A stretch of DNA of 64,000 nucleotides from Eledone cirrhosa (taxonomy: Eukaryota): NCBI GenBank assembly GCA_964016885.1, contig OZ024740.1:33728001-33792000 (forward strand), read 5' to 3'. Both the position numbers and the translations under genes were made by a program. Each line of letters opens with the position of its first letter. Within the stretch, counting starts at the first letter, position 1. Positions 15,001 to 28,860 of the stretch are shown piece after piece. Under the pieces are notes generated by a model. It saw only the letters and a list, made by a program, of their open reading frames with translations, ran no database searches and was not told where the DNA came from.

Positions 15001-17900
15001 TCCAACTCTCTCTTACCATCAACCATCTTTACTGCTAACTTCCAACTCTCTCTTACCAATAACCCTCTTTACTGCTATCTTCCAACTCTCTCTTACCATC
15101 AACCATCTTTACTGCTATCTTCCAACTCTCTCTTACCAATAACCCTCTTTACTGCTATCTTCCAACTCTCTCTTACCAATAACCCTCTTTACTGCTATCT
15201 TCTAACTCTCTCTTACCATCAACCATCTTTACTGCTATCTTCCAACGCTCTCTTACCATCAACCATCTTTACTGCTATCTTCCAACTCTCTCTTACCATC
15301 AACTATCTTTACTGCTATCTTCCAACTCTCTCTTACCATCAACCATCTTTACTGCTAACTTCCAACTCTCTCTTACCAATAACCCTCTTTACTGCTATCT
15401 TCCAACTCTCTCTTACCATCAACCATCTTTACTGCTATCTTCTAACTCTCTCTTACCAATAACCCTCTTTACTGCTATCTTCCAACTCTCTCTTACCAAT
15501 AACCCTCTTTACTGCTATCTTCTAACTCTCTCTTACCATCAACCATCTTTACTGCTATCTTCCAACTCTCTCTTACCATCAACCATCTTTACTGCTATCT
15601 TCCAACTCTCTCTTACCATCAACCCTCTTTACTGCTATCTTCTAACTCTCTCTTACCATCAACCATCTTTACTGCTATCTTCCAACTCTCTCTTACCAAT
15701 AACCCTCTTTACTGCTATCTTCTAACTCTCTCTTATCCTTCAAACATCTTTACTGCTATCTTCCAACTCTCTCTCTTACCATCAACCATCTTTACTGCTA
15801 TCTTCCAACTCTCTCTTACCAATAACCCTCTTTACTGCTATCTTCCAACTCTCTCTTACCAATAACCCTCTTTACTGCTATCTTCTAACTCTCTCTTACC
15901 ATCAAACATCTTTACTGCTACCTTCCAACTCTCTCTTACCAATAACCCTCTTTACTGCTACCTTCCAACTCTCTCTTACCATCAACCATCTTTACTGCTA
16001 TCTTCCAACTCTCTCTTACCAATAACCCTCTTTACTGCTACCTTCCAACTCTCACTTACCATCAACCATCTTTACTGCTATCTTCCAACTCTCTCTTACC
16101 AATAACCCTCTTTACTGCTACCTTCCAACTCTCACTTACCATCAACCATCTTTACTGCTATCTTCCAACTCTCTCTTACCATCAACCATCTTTACTGCCA
16201 TCTTCCAACTCTCTCTTACCATCAACCATCTTTACTGCTATCTTCCAACTCTCTCTTACCATCTTTACTGCTATCTTCTAACTCTCTCTTACCATCAACC
16301 ATCTTTACTGCTATCTTCCAACTCTCTCTCTTACCATCAACCATCTTTACTGCTACCTTCCAACCCTCTCTCTTACCATCAACCATCTTTACTGCTATCT
16401 TCCAACTCTCTCTCTTACCATCAACCATCTTTACTGCTATCTTCCAACTCTCTCTCTTACCATCAACCATCTTTACTGCTATCTTCCAACTCTCTCTTAC
16501 CATCAACCATCTTTACTGCCATCTTCCAACTCTCTCTTACCATCAACCATCTTTACTGCTATCTTCCAACTCTCTCTTACCATCTTTACTGCTATCTTCT
16601 AACTCTCTCTTACCATCAACCATCTTTACTGCTATCTTCCAACTCTCTCTCTTACCATCAACCATCTTTACTGCTATCTTCCAACTCTCTCTCTTACCAT
16701 CAACCATCTTTACTGCTATCTTCCAACCCTCTCTTACCATCAACCATCTTTACTGCTATCTTCCAACTCTCTCTTACCATCAACCATCTTTACTGCTATC
16801 TTCCAACTCTCTCTCTTACCATCAACCATCTTTACTGCTATCTTCCAACTGTCTCTTACCATCAACCATCTTTACTGATATCTTCCAACTCTCTCTTACC
16901 AATAACCATCTTTACTGCTATCTTCCAACTCTCTCTCTTACCAATAACCATCTTTACTGCCATCTTCCAACTCTCTCTTACCATCAACCATCTTTTCTGC
17001 TATCTTCCAACTCTCTCTCTTACCATCAACCCTCTTTACTGCTATCTTCCAACTCTCTCTTACCATCAACCATCTTTACTGCTATCTTCTAACTCTCTCT
17101 TACCATCAACCATCTTTACTGCTACCTTCCAACTCTCTCTTACCATCAACCATCTTTACTGCTATCTTCCAACTCTCTCTTACCAATAACCATCTTTACT
17201 GCTATCTTCCAACTCTCTCTTACCATCAACCATCTTTACTGCTATTTTCCAACTCTCTCTTACCATCAACCATCTTTACTGCTATTTTCCAACTCTCTCT
17301 TACCATCAACCATCTTTACTGCTATCTTCCAACTCTCTCTTACCATCAACTATCTTTACTGCTATCTTCCAACTCTCTCTTACCATCAACCATCTTTACT
17401 GCTACCTTCCAAGTCTCTCTTACCATCAACCATCTTTACTGCTATCTTCCAACTCTCTCTTACCATCAACCATCTTTACTGCTATCTTCCAACTCTCTCT
17501 TACCATCAACTATCTTTACTGCTATCTTCCAACTCTCTCTTACCATCAACCATCTTTACTGCTAACTTCCAACTCTCTCTTACCAATAACCATCTTTACT
17601 GCTATCTTCCAACTCTCTCTTACCATCAACCATCTTTACTGCTATCTTCCAACTCTCTCTTACCATCAACCATCTTTACTGCTATCTTCCAACTCTCTCT
17701 CTTACCATCAACCATCTTTACTGCTACCTTCCAACTCTCTCTTACCATCAACCATCTTTACTGCTATCTTCTAACTCTCTCTTACCATCAACCATCTTTA
17801 CTGCTATCTTCCAACTCTCTCTTACCATCAACCATCTTTACTGCTATCTTCCAACACTCTCTTACCATCAACCATCTTTACTGCTATTTTCCAACTGTCT
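1..17900 (+). repeat. Second-level duplication with a period of about 8.98-9.2 kb, containing multiple HOR units
   Basis: Offset 8981 for the GATATC markers 437/9418 and 3965/12946, and for the TTGCCATC variant at 3419/12400, seen only at those two sites. The offset grows to 9225 (7652/16877) after monomer gains and losses around 15.1-16.0 kb. Confidence 0.88.
3310..3950 (+). repeat. 321-bp (8-monomer) sub-repeat, indel-rich cassette; recurs at about 6997, 8763, 12291 and 16222
   Basis: Paired 33-bp monomers lie 321 bp apart (ORF coordinates 3310/3631, 6997/7318, 8763/9084, 12291/12612, 16222/16543). 321 = 33 + 4x42 + 3x40. Confidence 0.85.
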
Positions 17901-20900
17901 CTAACCATCAACCATCTTTACTGCTATCTTCCAACTCTCTCTTACCATCAACCATCTTTACTGCTATCTTCCAACACTCTCTTACCATCAACCATCTTTA
18001 CTGCTATCTTCCAACTCTCTCTTACCATCAACCATCTTTACTGCTATCTTCCAACTGTCTCTAACCATCAACCATCTTTACTGCTATCTTCCAACTCTCT
18101 CTTACCATCAACCATCTTTACTGCTATCTTCCAACGCTCTCTTACCATCAACCATCTTTACTGCTATCTTCCAACTCTCTCTTACCAATAACCATCTTTA
18201 CTGCTATCCTCTAACTCTCTCTTACCATCAACCATCTTTACTGCTATCTTCCAACTCTCTCTTACCGTCAACCATCTTTACTGCTATCTTCCAACTCTCT
18301 CTTACCAATAACCATCTTTACTGCTATCTTCTAACTCTCTCTTACCATCAACCATCTTTACTGCTATCTTCCAACTCTCTCTTACCAATAACCATCTTTA
18401 CTGCCATCTTCCAACTCTCTCTTACCATCAACCATCTTTTCTGCTATCTTCCAACTCTCTCTCTTACCATCAACCCTCTTTACTGCTATCTTCCAACTCT
18501 CTCTTACCATCAACCATCTTTACTGCTATCTTCTAACTCTCTCTTACCATCAACCATCTTTACTGCTACCTTCCAACTCTCTCTTACCATCAACCATCTT
18601 TACTGCTATCTTCCAACTCTCTCTTACCAATAACCATCTTTACTGCTATCTTCCAACTCTCTCTTACCATCAACCATCTTTACTGCTATTTTCCAACTCT
18701 CTCTTACCATCAACCATCTTTACTGCTATCTTCCAACTCTCTCTTACCATCAACTATCTTTACTGCTATCTTCCAACTCTCTCTTACCATCAACCATCTT
18801 TACTGCTACCTTCCAAGTCTCTCTTACCATCAACCATCTTTACTGCTATCTTCCAACGCTCTCTTACCATCAACCATCTTTACTGCTATCTTCCAACTCT
18901 CTCTTACCATCAACTATCTTTACTGCTATCTTCCAACTCTCTCTTACCATCAACCATCTTTACTGCTAACTTCCAACTCTCTCTTACCAATAACCATCTT
19001 TACTGCTATCTTCCAACTCTCTCTTACCATCAACCATCTTTACTGCTATCTTCCAACTCTCTCTTACCATCAACCATCTTTACTGCTATCTTCCAACTCT
19101 CTCTTACCATCAACCATCTTTACTGCTATCTTCCAACTCTCTCTTACCATCAACCATCTTTACTGCTATCTTCCAACTCTCTCTTACCATCAACCATCTT
19201 TACTGCTATCTTCCAACTCTCTCTTACCATCAATCATCTTTACTGCTATCTTCCAACTCTCTCTTACCGTCAACCATCTTTACTGCTACCTTCCAACTCT
19301 CACTTACCATCAACCATCTTTACTGCTATCTTCCAACTCTCTCTTACCATCAACCATCTTTACTGCTATCTTCCAACTCTCTCTTACCATCAACCATCTT
19401 TACTGCTATCTTCCAACTCTCTCTTACCATCAACCATCTTTACTGCTATCTTCCAACTCTCTCTTACCGTCAACCATCTTTACTGCTACCTTCCAACTCT
19501 CACTTACCATCAACCATCTTTACTGCTACCTTCCAACTCTCTCTTACCATCAACCATCTTTACTGCTATCTTCCAACTCTCTCTTACCAATAACCATCTT
19601 TACTGCTATCTTCCAACTCTCTCTTACCATCAACCATCTTTACTGCTATTTTCCAACTCTCTCTTACCATCAACCATCTTTACTGCTATCTTCCAACTCT
19701 CTCTTACCATCAACTATCTTTACTGCTATCTTCCAACTCTCTCTTACCATCAACCATCTTTACTGCTACCTTCCAAGTCTCTCTTACCATCAACCATCTT
19801 TACTGCTATCTTCCAACTCTCTCTTACCATCAACCATCTTTACTGCTATCTTCCAACTCTCTCTTACCATCAACTATCTTTACTGCTATCTTCCAACTCT
19901 CTCTTACCATCAACCATCTTTACTGCTAACTTCCAACTCTCTCTTACCAATAACCATCTTTACTGCTATCTTCCAACTCTCTCTTACCATCAACCATCTT
20001 TACTGCTATCTTCCAACTCTCTCTTACCATCAACCATCTTTACTGCTATCTTCCAACTCTCTCTCTTACCATCAACCATCTTTACTGCTACCTTCCAACT
20101 CTCTCTTACCATCAACCATCTTTACTGCTATCTTCTAACTCTCTCTTACCATCAACCATCTTTACTGCTATCTTCCAACTCTCTCTTACCATCAACCATC
20201 TTTACTGCTATCTTCCAACACTCTCTTACCATCAACCATCTTTACTGCTATCTTCCAACTGTCTCTAACCATCAACCATCTTTACTGCTATCTTCCAACT
20301 CTCTCTTACCATCAACCATCTTTACTGCTATCTTCCAACACTCTCTTACCATCAACCATCTTTACTGCTATCTTCCAACTCTCTCTTACCATCAACCATC
20401 TTTACTGCTATCTTCCAACTGTCTCTAACCATCAACCATCTTTACTGCTATCTTCCAACTGTCTCTAACCATCAACCATCTTTACTGCTATCTTCCAACT
20501 CTCTCTTACCATCAACCATCTTTACTGCTATCTTCCAACGCTCTCTTACCATCAACCATCTTTACTGCTATCTTCCAACTCTCTCTTACCAATAACCATC
20601 TTTACTGCTATCCTCTAACTCTCTCTTACCATCAACCATCTTTACTGCTATCTTCCAACTCTCTCTTACCGTCAACCATCTTTACTGCTATCTTCCAACT
20701 CTCTCTTACCAATAACCATCTTTACTGCTATCTTCTAACTCTCTCTTACCATCAACCATCTTTACTGCTATCTTCCAACTCTCTCTTACCAATAACCATC
20801 TTTACTGCCATCTTCCAACTCTCTCTTACCATCAACCATCTTTTCTGCTATCTTCCAACTCTCTCTTACCATCAACCATCTTTACTGCTACCTTCCAACT

Positions 20901-23900
20901 CTCTCTTACCATCAACCATCTTTACTGCTATCTTCCAACTCTCTCTTACCAATAACCATCTTTACTGCTATCTTCCAACTCTCTCTTACCATCAACCATC
21001 TTTACTGCTATTTTCCAACTCTCTCTTACCATCAACCATCTTTACTGCTATCTTCCAACTCTCTCTTACCATCAACTATCTTTACTGCTATCTTCCAACT
21101 CTCTCTTACCATCAACCATCTTTACTGCTACCTTCCAAGTCTCTCTTACCATCAACCATCTTTACTGCTATCTTCCAACGCTCTCTTACCATCAACCATC
21201 TTTACTGCTATCTTCCAACTCTCTCTTACCATCAACTATCTTTACTGCTATCTTCCAACTCTCTCTTACCATCAACCATCTTTACTGCTAACTTCCAACT
21301 CTCTCTTACCAATAACCATCTTTACTGCTATCTTCCAACTCTCTCTTACCATCAACCATCTTTACTGCTATCTTCCAACTCTCTCTTACCATCAACCATC
21401 TTTACTGCTATCTTCCAACTCTCTCTTACCATCAACCATCTTTACTGCTATCTTCCAACTCTCTCTTACCATCAACCATCTTTACTGCTAACTTCCAACT
21501 CTCTCTTACCAATAACCATCTTTACTGCTATCTTCCAACTCTCTCTTACCATCAACCATCTTTACTGCTATCTTCCAACTCTCTCTTACCATCAACCATC
21601 TTTACTGCTATCTTCCAACTCTCTCTCTTACCATCAACCATCTTTACTGCTACCTTCCAACTCTCTCTTACCATCAACCATCTTTACTGCTATCTTCTAA
21701 CTCTCTCTTACCATCAACCATCTTTACTGCTATCTTCCAACTCTCTCTTACCATCAACCATCTTTACTGCTATCTTCCAACACTCTCTTACCATCAACCA
21801 TCTTTACTGCTATCTTCCAACTGTCTCTAACCATCAACCATCTTTACTGCTATCTTCCAACTCTCTCTTACCATCAACCATCTTTACTGCTATCTTCCAA
21901 CACTCTCTTACCATCAACCATCTTTACTGCTATCTTCCAACTCTCTCTTACCATCAACCATCTTTACTGCTATCTTCCAACTGTCTCTAACCATCAACCA
22001 TCTTTACTGCTATCTTCCAACTGTCTCTAACCATCAACCATCTTTACTGCTATCTTCCAACTCTCTCTTACCATCAACCATCTTTACTGCTATCTTCCAA
22101 CGCTCTCTTACCATCAACCATCTTTACTGCTATCTTCCAACTCTCTCTTACCAATAACCATCTTTACTGCTATCCTCTAACTCTCTCTTACCATCAACCA
22201 TCTTTACTGCTATCTTCCAACTCTCTCTTACCGTCAACCATCTTTACTGCTATCTTCCAACTCTCTCTTACCAATAACCATCTTTACTGCTATCTTCTAA
22301 CTCTCTCTTACCATCAACCATCTTTACTGCTATCTTCCAACTCTCTCTTACCAATAACCATCTTTACTGCCATCTTCCAACTCTCTCTTACCATCAACCA
22401 TCTTTTCTGCTATCTTCCAACTCTCTCTTACCATCAACCATCTTTACTGCTACCTTCCAACTCTCTCTTACCATCAACCATCTTTACTGCTATCTTCCAA
22501 CTCTCTCTTACCAATAACCATCTTTACTGCTATCTTCCAACTCTCTCTTACCATCAACCATCTTTACTGCTATTTTCCAACTCTCTCTTACCATCAACCA
22601 TCTTTACTGCTATCTTCCAACTCTCTCTTACCATCAACTATCTTTACTGCTATCTTCCAACTCTCTCTTACCATCAACCATCTTTACTGCTACCTTCCAA
22701 GTCTCTCTTACCATCAACCATCTTTACTGCTATCTTCCAACGCTCTCTTACCATCAACCATCTTTACTGCTATCTTCCAACTCTCTCTTACCATCAACTA
22801 TCTTTACTGCTATCTTCCAACTCTCTCTTACCATCAACCATCTTTACTGCTAACTTCCAACTCTCTCTTACCAATAACCATCTTTACTGCTATCTTCCAA
22901 CTCTCTCTTACCATCAACCATCTTTACTGCTATCTTCCAACTCTCTCTTACCATCAACCATCTTTACTGCTATCTTCCAACTCTCTCTTACCATCAACCA
23001 TCTTTACTGCTATCTTCCAACTCTCTCTTACCATCAACCATCTTTACTGCTATCTTCCAACTCTCTCTTACCATCAACCATCTTTACTGCTATCTTCCAA
23101 CTCTCTCTTACCATCAATCATCTTTACTGCTATCTTCCAACTCTCTCTTACCGTCAACCATCTTTACTGCTACCTTCCAACTCTCACTTACCATCAACCA
23201 TCTTTACTGCTATCTTCCAACTCTCTCTTACCATCAACCATCTTTACTGCTACCTTCCAACTCTCTCTTACCATCAACCATCTTTACTGCTATCTTCCAA
23301 CTCTCTCTTACCAATAACCATCTTTACTGCTATCTTCCAACTCTCTCTTACCATCAACCATCTTTACTGCTATTTTCCAACTCTCTCTTACCATCAACCA
23401 TCTTTACTGCTATCTTCCAACTCTCTCTTACCATCAACTATCTTTACTGCTATCTTCCAAAGCTCTCTTACCATCAACCATCTTTACTGCTACCTTCCAA
23501 GTCTCTCTTACCATCAACCATCTTTACTGCTATCTTCCAACGCTCTCTTACCATCAACCATCTTTACTGCTATCTTCCAACTCTCTCTTACCATCAACTA
23601 TCTTTACTGCTATCTTCCAACTCTCTCTTACCATCAACCATCTTTACTGCTAACTTCCAACTCTCTCTTACCAATAACCATCTTTACTGCTATCTTCCAA
23701 CTCTCTCTTACCATCAACCATCTTTACTGCTATCTTCCAACTCTCTCTTACCATCAACCATCTTTACTGCTATCTTCCAACTCTCTCTTACCATCAACCA
23801 TCTTTACTGCTATCTTCCAACTCTCTCTTACCATCAACCATCTTTACTGCTATCTTCCAACTCTCTCTTACCATCAACCATCTTTACTGCTATCTTCCAA

Positions 23901-26900
23901 CTCTCTCTTACCATCAATCATCTTTACTGCTATCTTCCAACTCTCTCTTACCGTCAACCATCTTTACTGCTACCTTCCAACTCTCACTTACCATCAACCA
24001 TCTTTACTGCTATCTTCCAACTCTCTCTTACCATCAACCATCTTTACTGCTATCTTCCAACTCTCTCTTACCATCAACCATCTTTACTGCTATCTTCCAA
24101 CTCTCTCTTACCATCAACCATCTTTACTGCTATCTTCCAACTCTCTCTTACCATCAATCATCTTTACTGCTATCTTCCAACTCTCTCTTACCGTCAACCA
24201 TCTTTACTGCTACCTTCCAACTCTCACTTACCATCAACCATCTTTACTGCTATCTTCCAACTCTCTCTTACCATCAACCATCTTTACTGCTATCTTCCAA
24301 CTCTCTCTCTTACCATCAACCATCTTTACTGCTATCTTCCAACTCTCTCTTACCATCAACCATCTTTACTGCTATCTTCCAACTCTCTCTTACCATCAAC
24401 CATCTTTACTGCTATCTTCCAACTCTCTCTTACCAATAACCCTCTTTACTGCTATCTTCTAACTCTCTCTTACCATCAACCATCTTTACTGCTATCTTCA
24501 AACTCTCTCTTACCAATAACCATCTTTACTGCCATCTTCCAACTCTCTCTTACCATCAACCATCTTTTCTGCTATCTTCCAACTCTCTCTCTTACCATCA
24601 ACCATCTTTACTGCTATCTTCCAACTCTCTCTTACCATCTTTACTGCTATCTTCTAACTCTCTCTTACCATCAACCATCTTTACTGCTATCTTCCAACTC
24701 TCTCTCTTACCATCAACCATCTTTACTGCTATTTTCTAACTCTCTCTTACCATCAACCATCTTTACTGCTACCTTCCAACTCTCTCTGACCATCAACCAT
24801 CTTTACTGCTACCTTCCAACTCACTCTTACCATCAACCATCTTTACTGCTATCTTCCAACTCTCTCTCTTACCATCAACCATCTTTACTGCTATCTTCCA
24901 ACTGTCTCTTACCATCAACCATCTTTACTGCTACCTTCCAACTCTCTCTTACCATCAACCATCTTTACTGCTATCTTCCAACTCTCTCTCTTACCAATAA
25001 CCATCTTTACTGCCATCTTCCAACTCTCTCTTACCATCAACCATCTTTTCTGCTATCTTCCAACTCTCTCTCTTACCATCAACCCTCTTTACTGCTATCT
25101 TCCAACTCTCTCTTACCATCAACCATCTTTACTGCTATCTTCTAACTCTCTCTTACCATCAACCATCTTTACTGCTACCTTCCAACTCTCTCTTACCATC
25201 AACCATCTTTACTGCTATCTTCCAACTCTCTCTTACCAATAACCATCTTTACTGCTATCTTCCAACTCTCTCTTACCATCAACCATCTTTACTGCTATTT
25301 TCCAACTCTCTCTTACCATCAACCATCTTTACTGCTATTTTCCAACTCTCTCTTACCATCAACCATCTTTACTGCTATCTTCCAACTCTCTCTTACCATC
25401 AACTATCTTTACTGCTATCTTCCAACTCTCTCTTACCATCAACCATCTTTACTGCTACCTTCCAAGTCTCTCTTACCATCAACCATCTTTACTGCTATCT
25501 TCCAACTCTCTCTTACCATCAACCATCTTTACTGCTATCTTCCAACTCTCTCTTACCATCAACTATCTTTACTGCTATCTTCCAACTCTCTCTTACCATC
25601 AACCATCTTTACTGCTAACTTCCAACTCTCTCTTACCAATAACCATCTTTACTGCTATCTTCCAACTCTCTCTTACCATCAACCATCTTTACTGCTATCT
25701 TCCAACTCTCTCTTACCATCAACCATCTTTACTGCTATCTTCCAACTCTCTCTCTTACCATCAACCATCTTTACTGCTACCTTCCAACTCTCTCTTACCA
25801 TCAACCATCTTTACTGCTATCTTCTAACTCTCTCTTACCATCAACCATCTTTACTGCTATCTTCCAACTCTCTCTTACCATCAACCATCTTTACTGCTAT
25901 CTTCCAACACTCTCTTACCATCAACCATCTTTACTGCTATTTTCCAACTGTCTCTAACCATCAACCATCTTTACTGCTATCTTCCAACACTCTCTTACCA
26001 TCAACCATCTTTACTGCTATCTTCCAACTCTCTCTTACCATCAACCATCTTTACTGCTATCTTCCAACTGTCTCTAACCATCAACCATCTTTACTGCTAT
26101 CTTCCAACTCTCTCTTACCATCAACCATCTTTACTGCTATCTTCCAACGCTCTCTTACCATCAACCATCTTTACTGCTATCTTCCAACTCTCTCTTACCA
26201 ATAACCATCTTTACTGCTATCCTCTAACTCTCTCTTACCATCAACCATCTTTACTGCTATCTTCCAACTCTCTCTTACCGTCAACCATCTTTACTGCTAT
26301 CTTCCAACTCTCTCTTACCAATAACCATCTTTACTGCTATCTTCTAACTCTCTCTTACCATCAACCATCTTTACTGCTATCTTCCAACTCTCTCTTACCA
26401 ATAACCATCTTTACTGCCATCTTCCAACTCTCTCTTACCATCAACCATCTTTTCTGCTATCTTCCAACTCTCTCTCTTACCATCAACCCTCTTTACTGCT
26501 ATCTTCCAACTCTCTCTTACCATCAACCATCTTTACTGCTATCTTCTAACTCTCTCTTACCATCAACCATCTTTACTGCTACCTTCCAACTCTCTCTTAC
26601 CATCAACCATCTTTACTGCTATCTTCCAACTCTCTCTTACCAATAACCATCTTTACTGCTATCTTCCAACTCTCTCTTACCATCAACCATCTTTACTGCT
26701 ATTTTCCAACTCTCTCTTACCATCAACCATCTTTACTGCTATCTTCCAACTCTCTCTTACCATCAACTATCTTTACTGCTATCTTCCAACTCTCTCTTAC
26801 CATCAACCATCTTTACTGCTACCTTCCAAGTCTCTCTTACCATCAACCATCTTTACTGCTATCTTCCAACGCTCTCTTACCATCAACCATCTTTACTGCT

Positions 26901-28860
26901 ATCTTCCAACTCTCTCTTACCATCAACTATCTTTACTGCTATCTTCCAACTCTCTCTTACCATCAACCATCTTTACTGCTAACTTCCAACTCTCTCTTAC
27001 CAATAACCATCTTTACTGCTATCTTCCAACTCTCTCTTACCATCAACCATCTTTACTGCTATCTTCCAACTCTCTCTTACCATCAACCATCTTTACTGCT
27101 ATCTTCCAACTCTCTCTTACCATCAACCATCTTTACTGCTATCTTCCAACTCTCTCTTACCATCAACCATCTTTACTGCTATCTTCCAACTCTCTCTTAC
27201 CATCAACCATCTTTACTGCTATCTTCCAACTCTCTCTTACCATCAATCATCTTTACTGCTATCTTCCAACTCTCTCTTACCGTCAACCATCTTTACTGCT
27301 ACCTTCCAACTCTCACTTACCATCAACCATCTTTACTGCTATCTTCCAACTCTCTCTTACCATCAACCATCTTTACTGCTATCTTCCAACTCTCTCTTAC
27401 CATCAACCATCTTTACTGCTATCTTCCAACTCTCTCTTACCATCAACCATCTTTACTGCTATCTTCCAACTCTCTCTTACCGTCAACCATCTTTACTGCT
27501 ACCTTCCAACTCTCACTTACCATCAACCATCTTTACTGCTACCTTCCAACTCTCTCTTACCATCAACCATCTTTACTGCTATCTTCCAACTCTCTCTTAC
27601 CAATAACCATCTTTACTGCTATCTTCCAACTCTCTCTTACCATCAACCATCTTTACTGCTATTTTCCAACTCTCTCTTACCATCAACCATCTTTACTGCT
27701 ATCTTCCAACTCTCTCTTACCATCAACTATCTTTACTGCTATCTTCCAACTCTCTCTTACCATCAACCATCTTTACTGCTACCTTCCAAGTCTCTCTTAC
27801 CATCAACCATCTTTACTGCTATCTTCCAACTCTCTCTTACCATCAACCATCTTTACTGCTATCTTCCAACTCTCTCTTACCATCAACTATCTTTACTGCT
27901 ATCTTCCAACTCTCTCTTACCATCAACCATCTTTACTGCTAACTTCCAACTCTCTCTTACCAATAACCATCTTTACTGCTATCTTCCAACTCTCTCTTAC
28001 CATCAACCATCTTTACTGCTATCTTCCAACTCTCTCTTACCATCAACCATCTTTACTGCTATCTTCCAACTCTCTCTCTTACCATCAACCATCTTTACTG
28101 CTACCTTCCAACTCTCTCTTACCATCAACCATCTTTACTGCTATCTTCTAACTCTCTCTTACCATCAACCATCTTTACTGCTATCTTCCAACTCTCTCTT
28201 ACCATCAACCATCTTTACTGCTATCTTCCAACACTCTCTTACCATCAACCATCTTTACTGCTATCTTCCAACTGTCTCTAACCATCAACCATCTTTACTG
28301 CTATCTTCCAACTCTCTCTTACCATCAACCATCTTTACTGCTATCTTCCAACACTCTCTTACCATCAACCATCTTTACTGCTATCTTCCAACTCTCTCTT
28401 ACCATCAACCATCTTTACTGCTATCTTCCAACTGTCTCTAACCATCAACCATCTTTACTGCTATCTTCCAACTGTCTCTAACCATCAACCATCTTTACTG
28501 CTATCTTCCAACTCTCTCTTACCATCAACCATCTTTACTGCTATCTTCCAACGCTCTCTTACCATCAACCATCTTTACTGCTATCTTCCAACTCTCTCTT
28601 ACCAATAACCATCTTTACTGCTATCCTCTAACTCTCTCTTACCATCAACCATCTTTACTGCTATCTTCCAACTCTCTCTTACCGTCAACCATCTTTACTG
28701 CTATCTTCCAACTCTCTCTTACCAATAACCATCTTTACTGCTATCTTCTAACTCTCTCTTACCATCAACCATCTTTACTGCTATCTTCCAACTCTCTCTT
28801 ACCAATAACCATCTTTACTGCCATCTTCCAACTCTCTCTTACCATCAACCATCTTTTCTG
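16930..28860 (+). repeat. Direct duplication with an offset of about 8.0 kb (about 16.9-20.85 kb matches about 25.0-28.85 kb)
   Basis: CCGTC...TCAC...TACC series at 19469/27482 and doubled CTGTCTCTAACC monomers at 20421/28434, both offset 8013. Confidence 0.8.
19900..23020 (+). repeat. Tandem duplication with a 1562-bp period (39 monomers)
   Basis: Doubled CTGTCTCTAACC monomers at 20421/20461 and 21983/22023, with the same variant order around them. Confidence 0.85.

Larger units (their letters stand above)
1..19500 (+). repeat. Left higher-order repeat (HOR) domain: units of about 3.5-3.9 kb (about 88-98 monomers) plus one truncated 1.77-kb unit
   Basis: The rare variant TACTGATATC has its G at 437, 3965, 7652, 9418, 12946 and 16877 (spacings 3528, 3687, 1766, 3528, 3931). 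The same ordered series of variants follows each site. The repeated 66-aa ORFs show identical spacings. Confidence 0.92.

Noticed and set aside
103-16743. Minus-strand 66-aa and 94-aa ORFs (MMVRE...WKIAVKMVDGKRES repeats)
   Set aside because: They occur only where 42-bp and 33-bp monomers (multiples of 3) happen to hold one stop-free frame. They are pure repeat translations with no unique domain or gene context.
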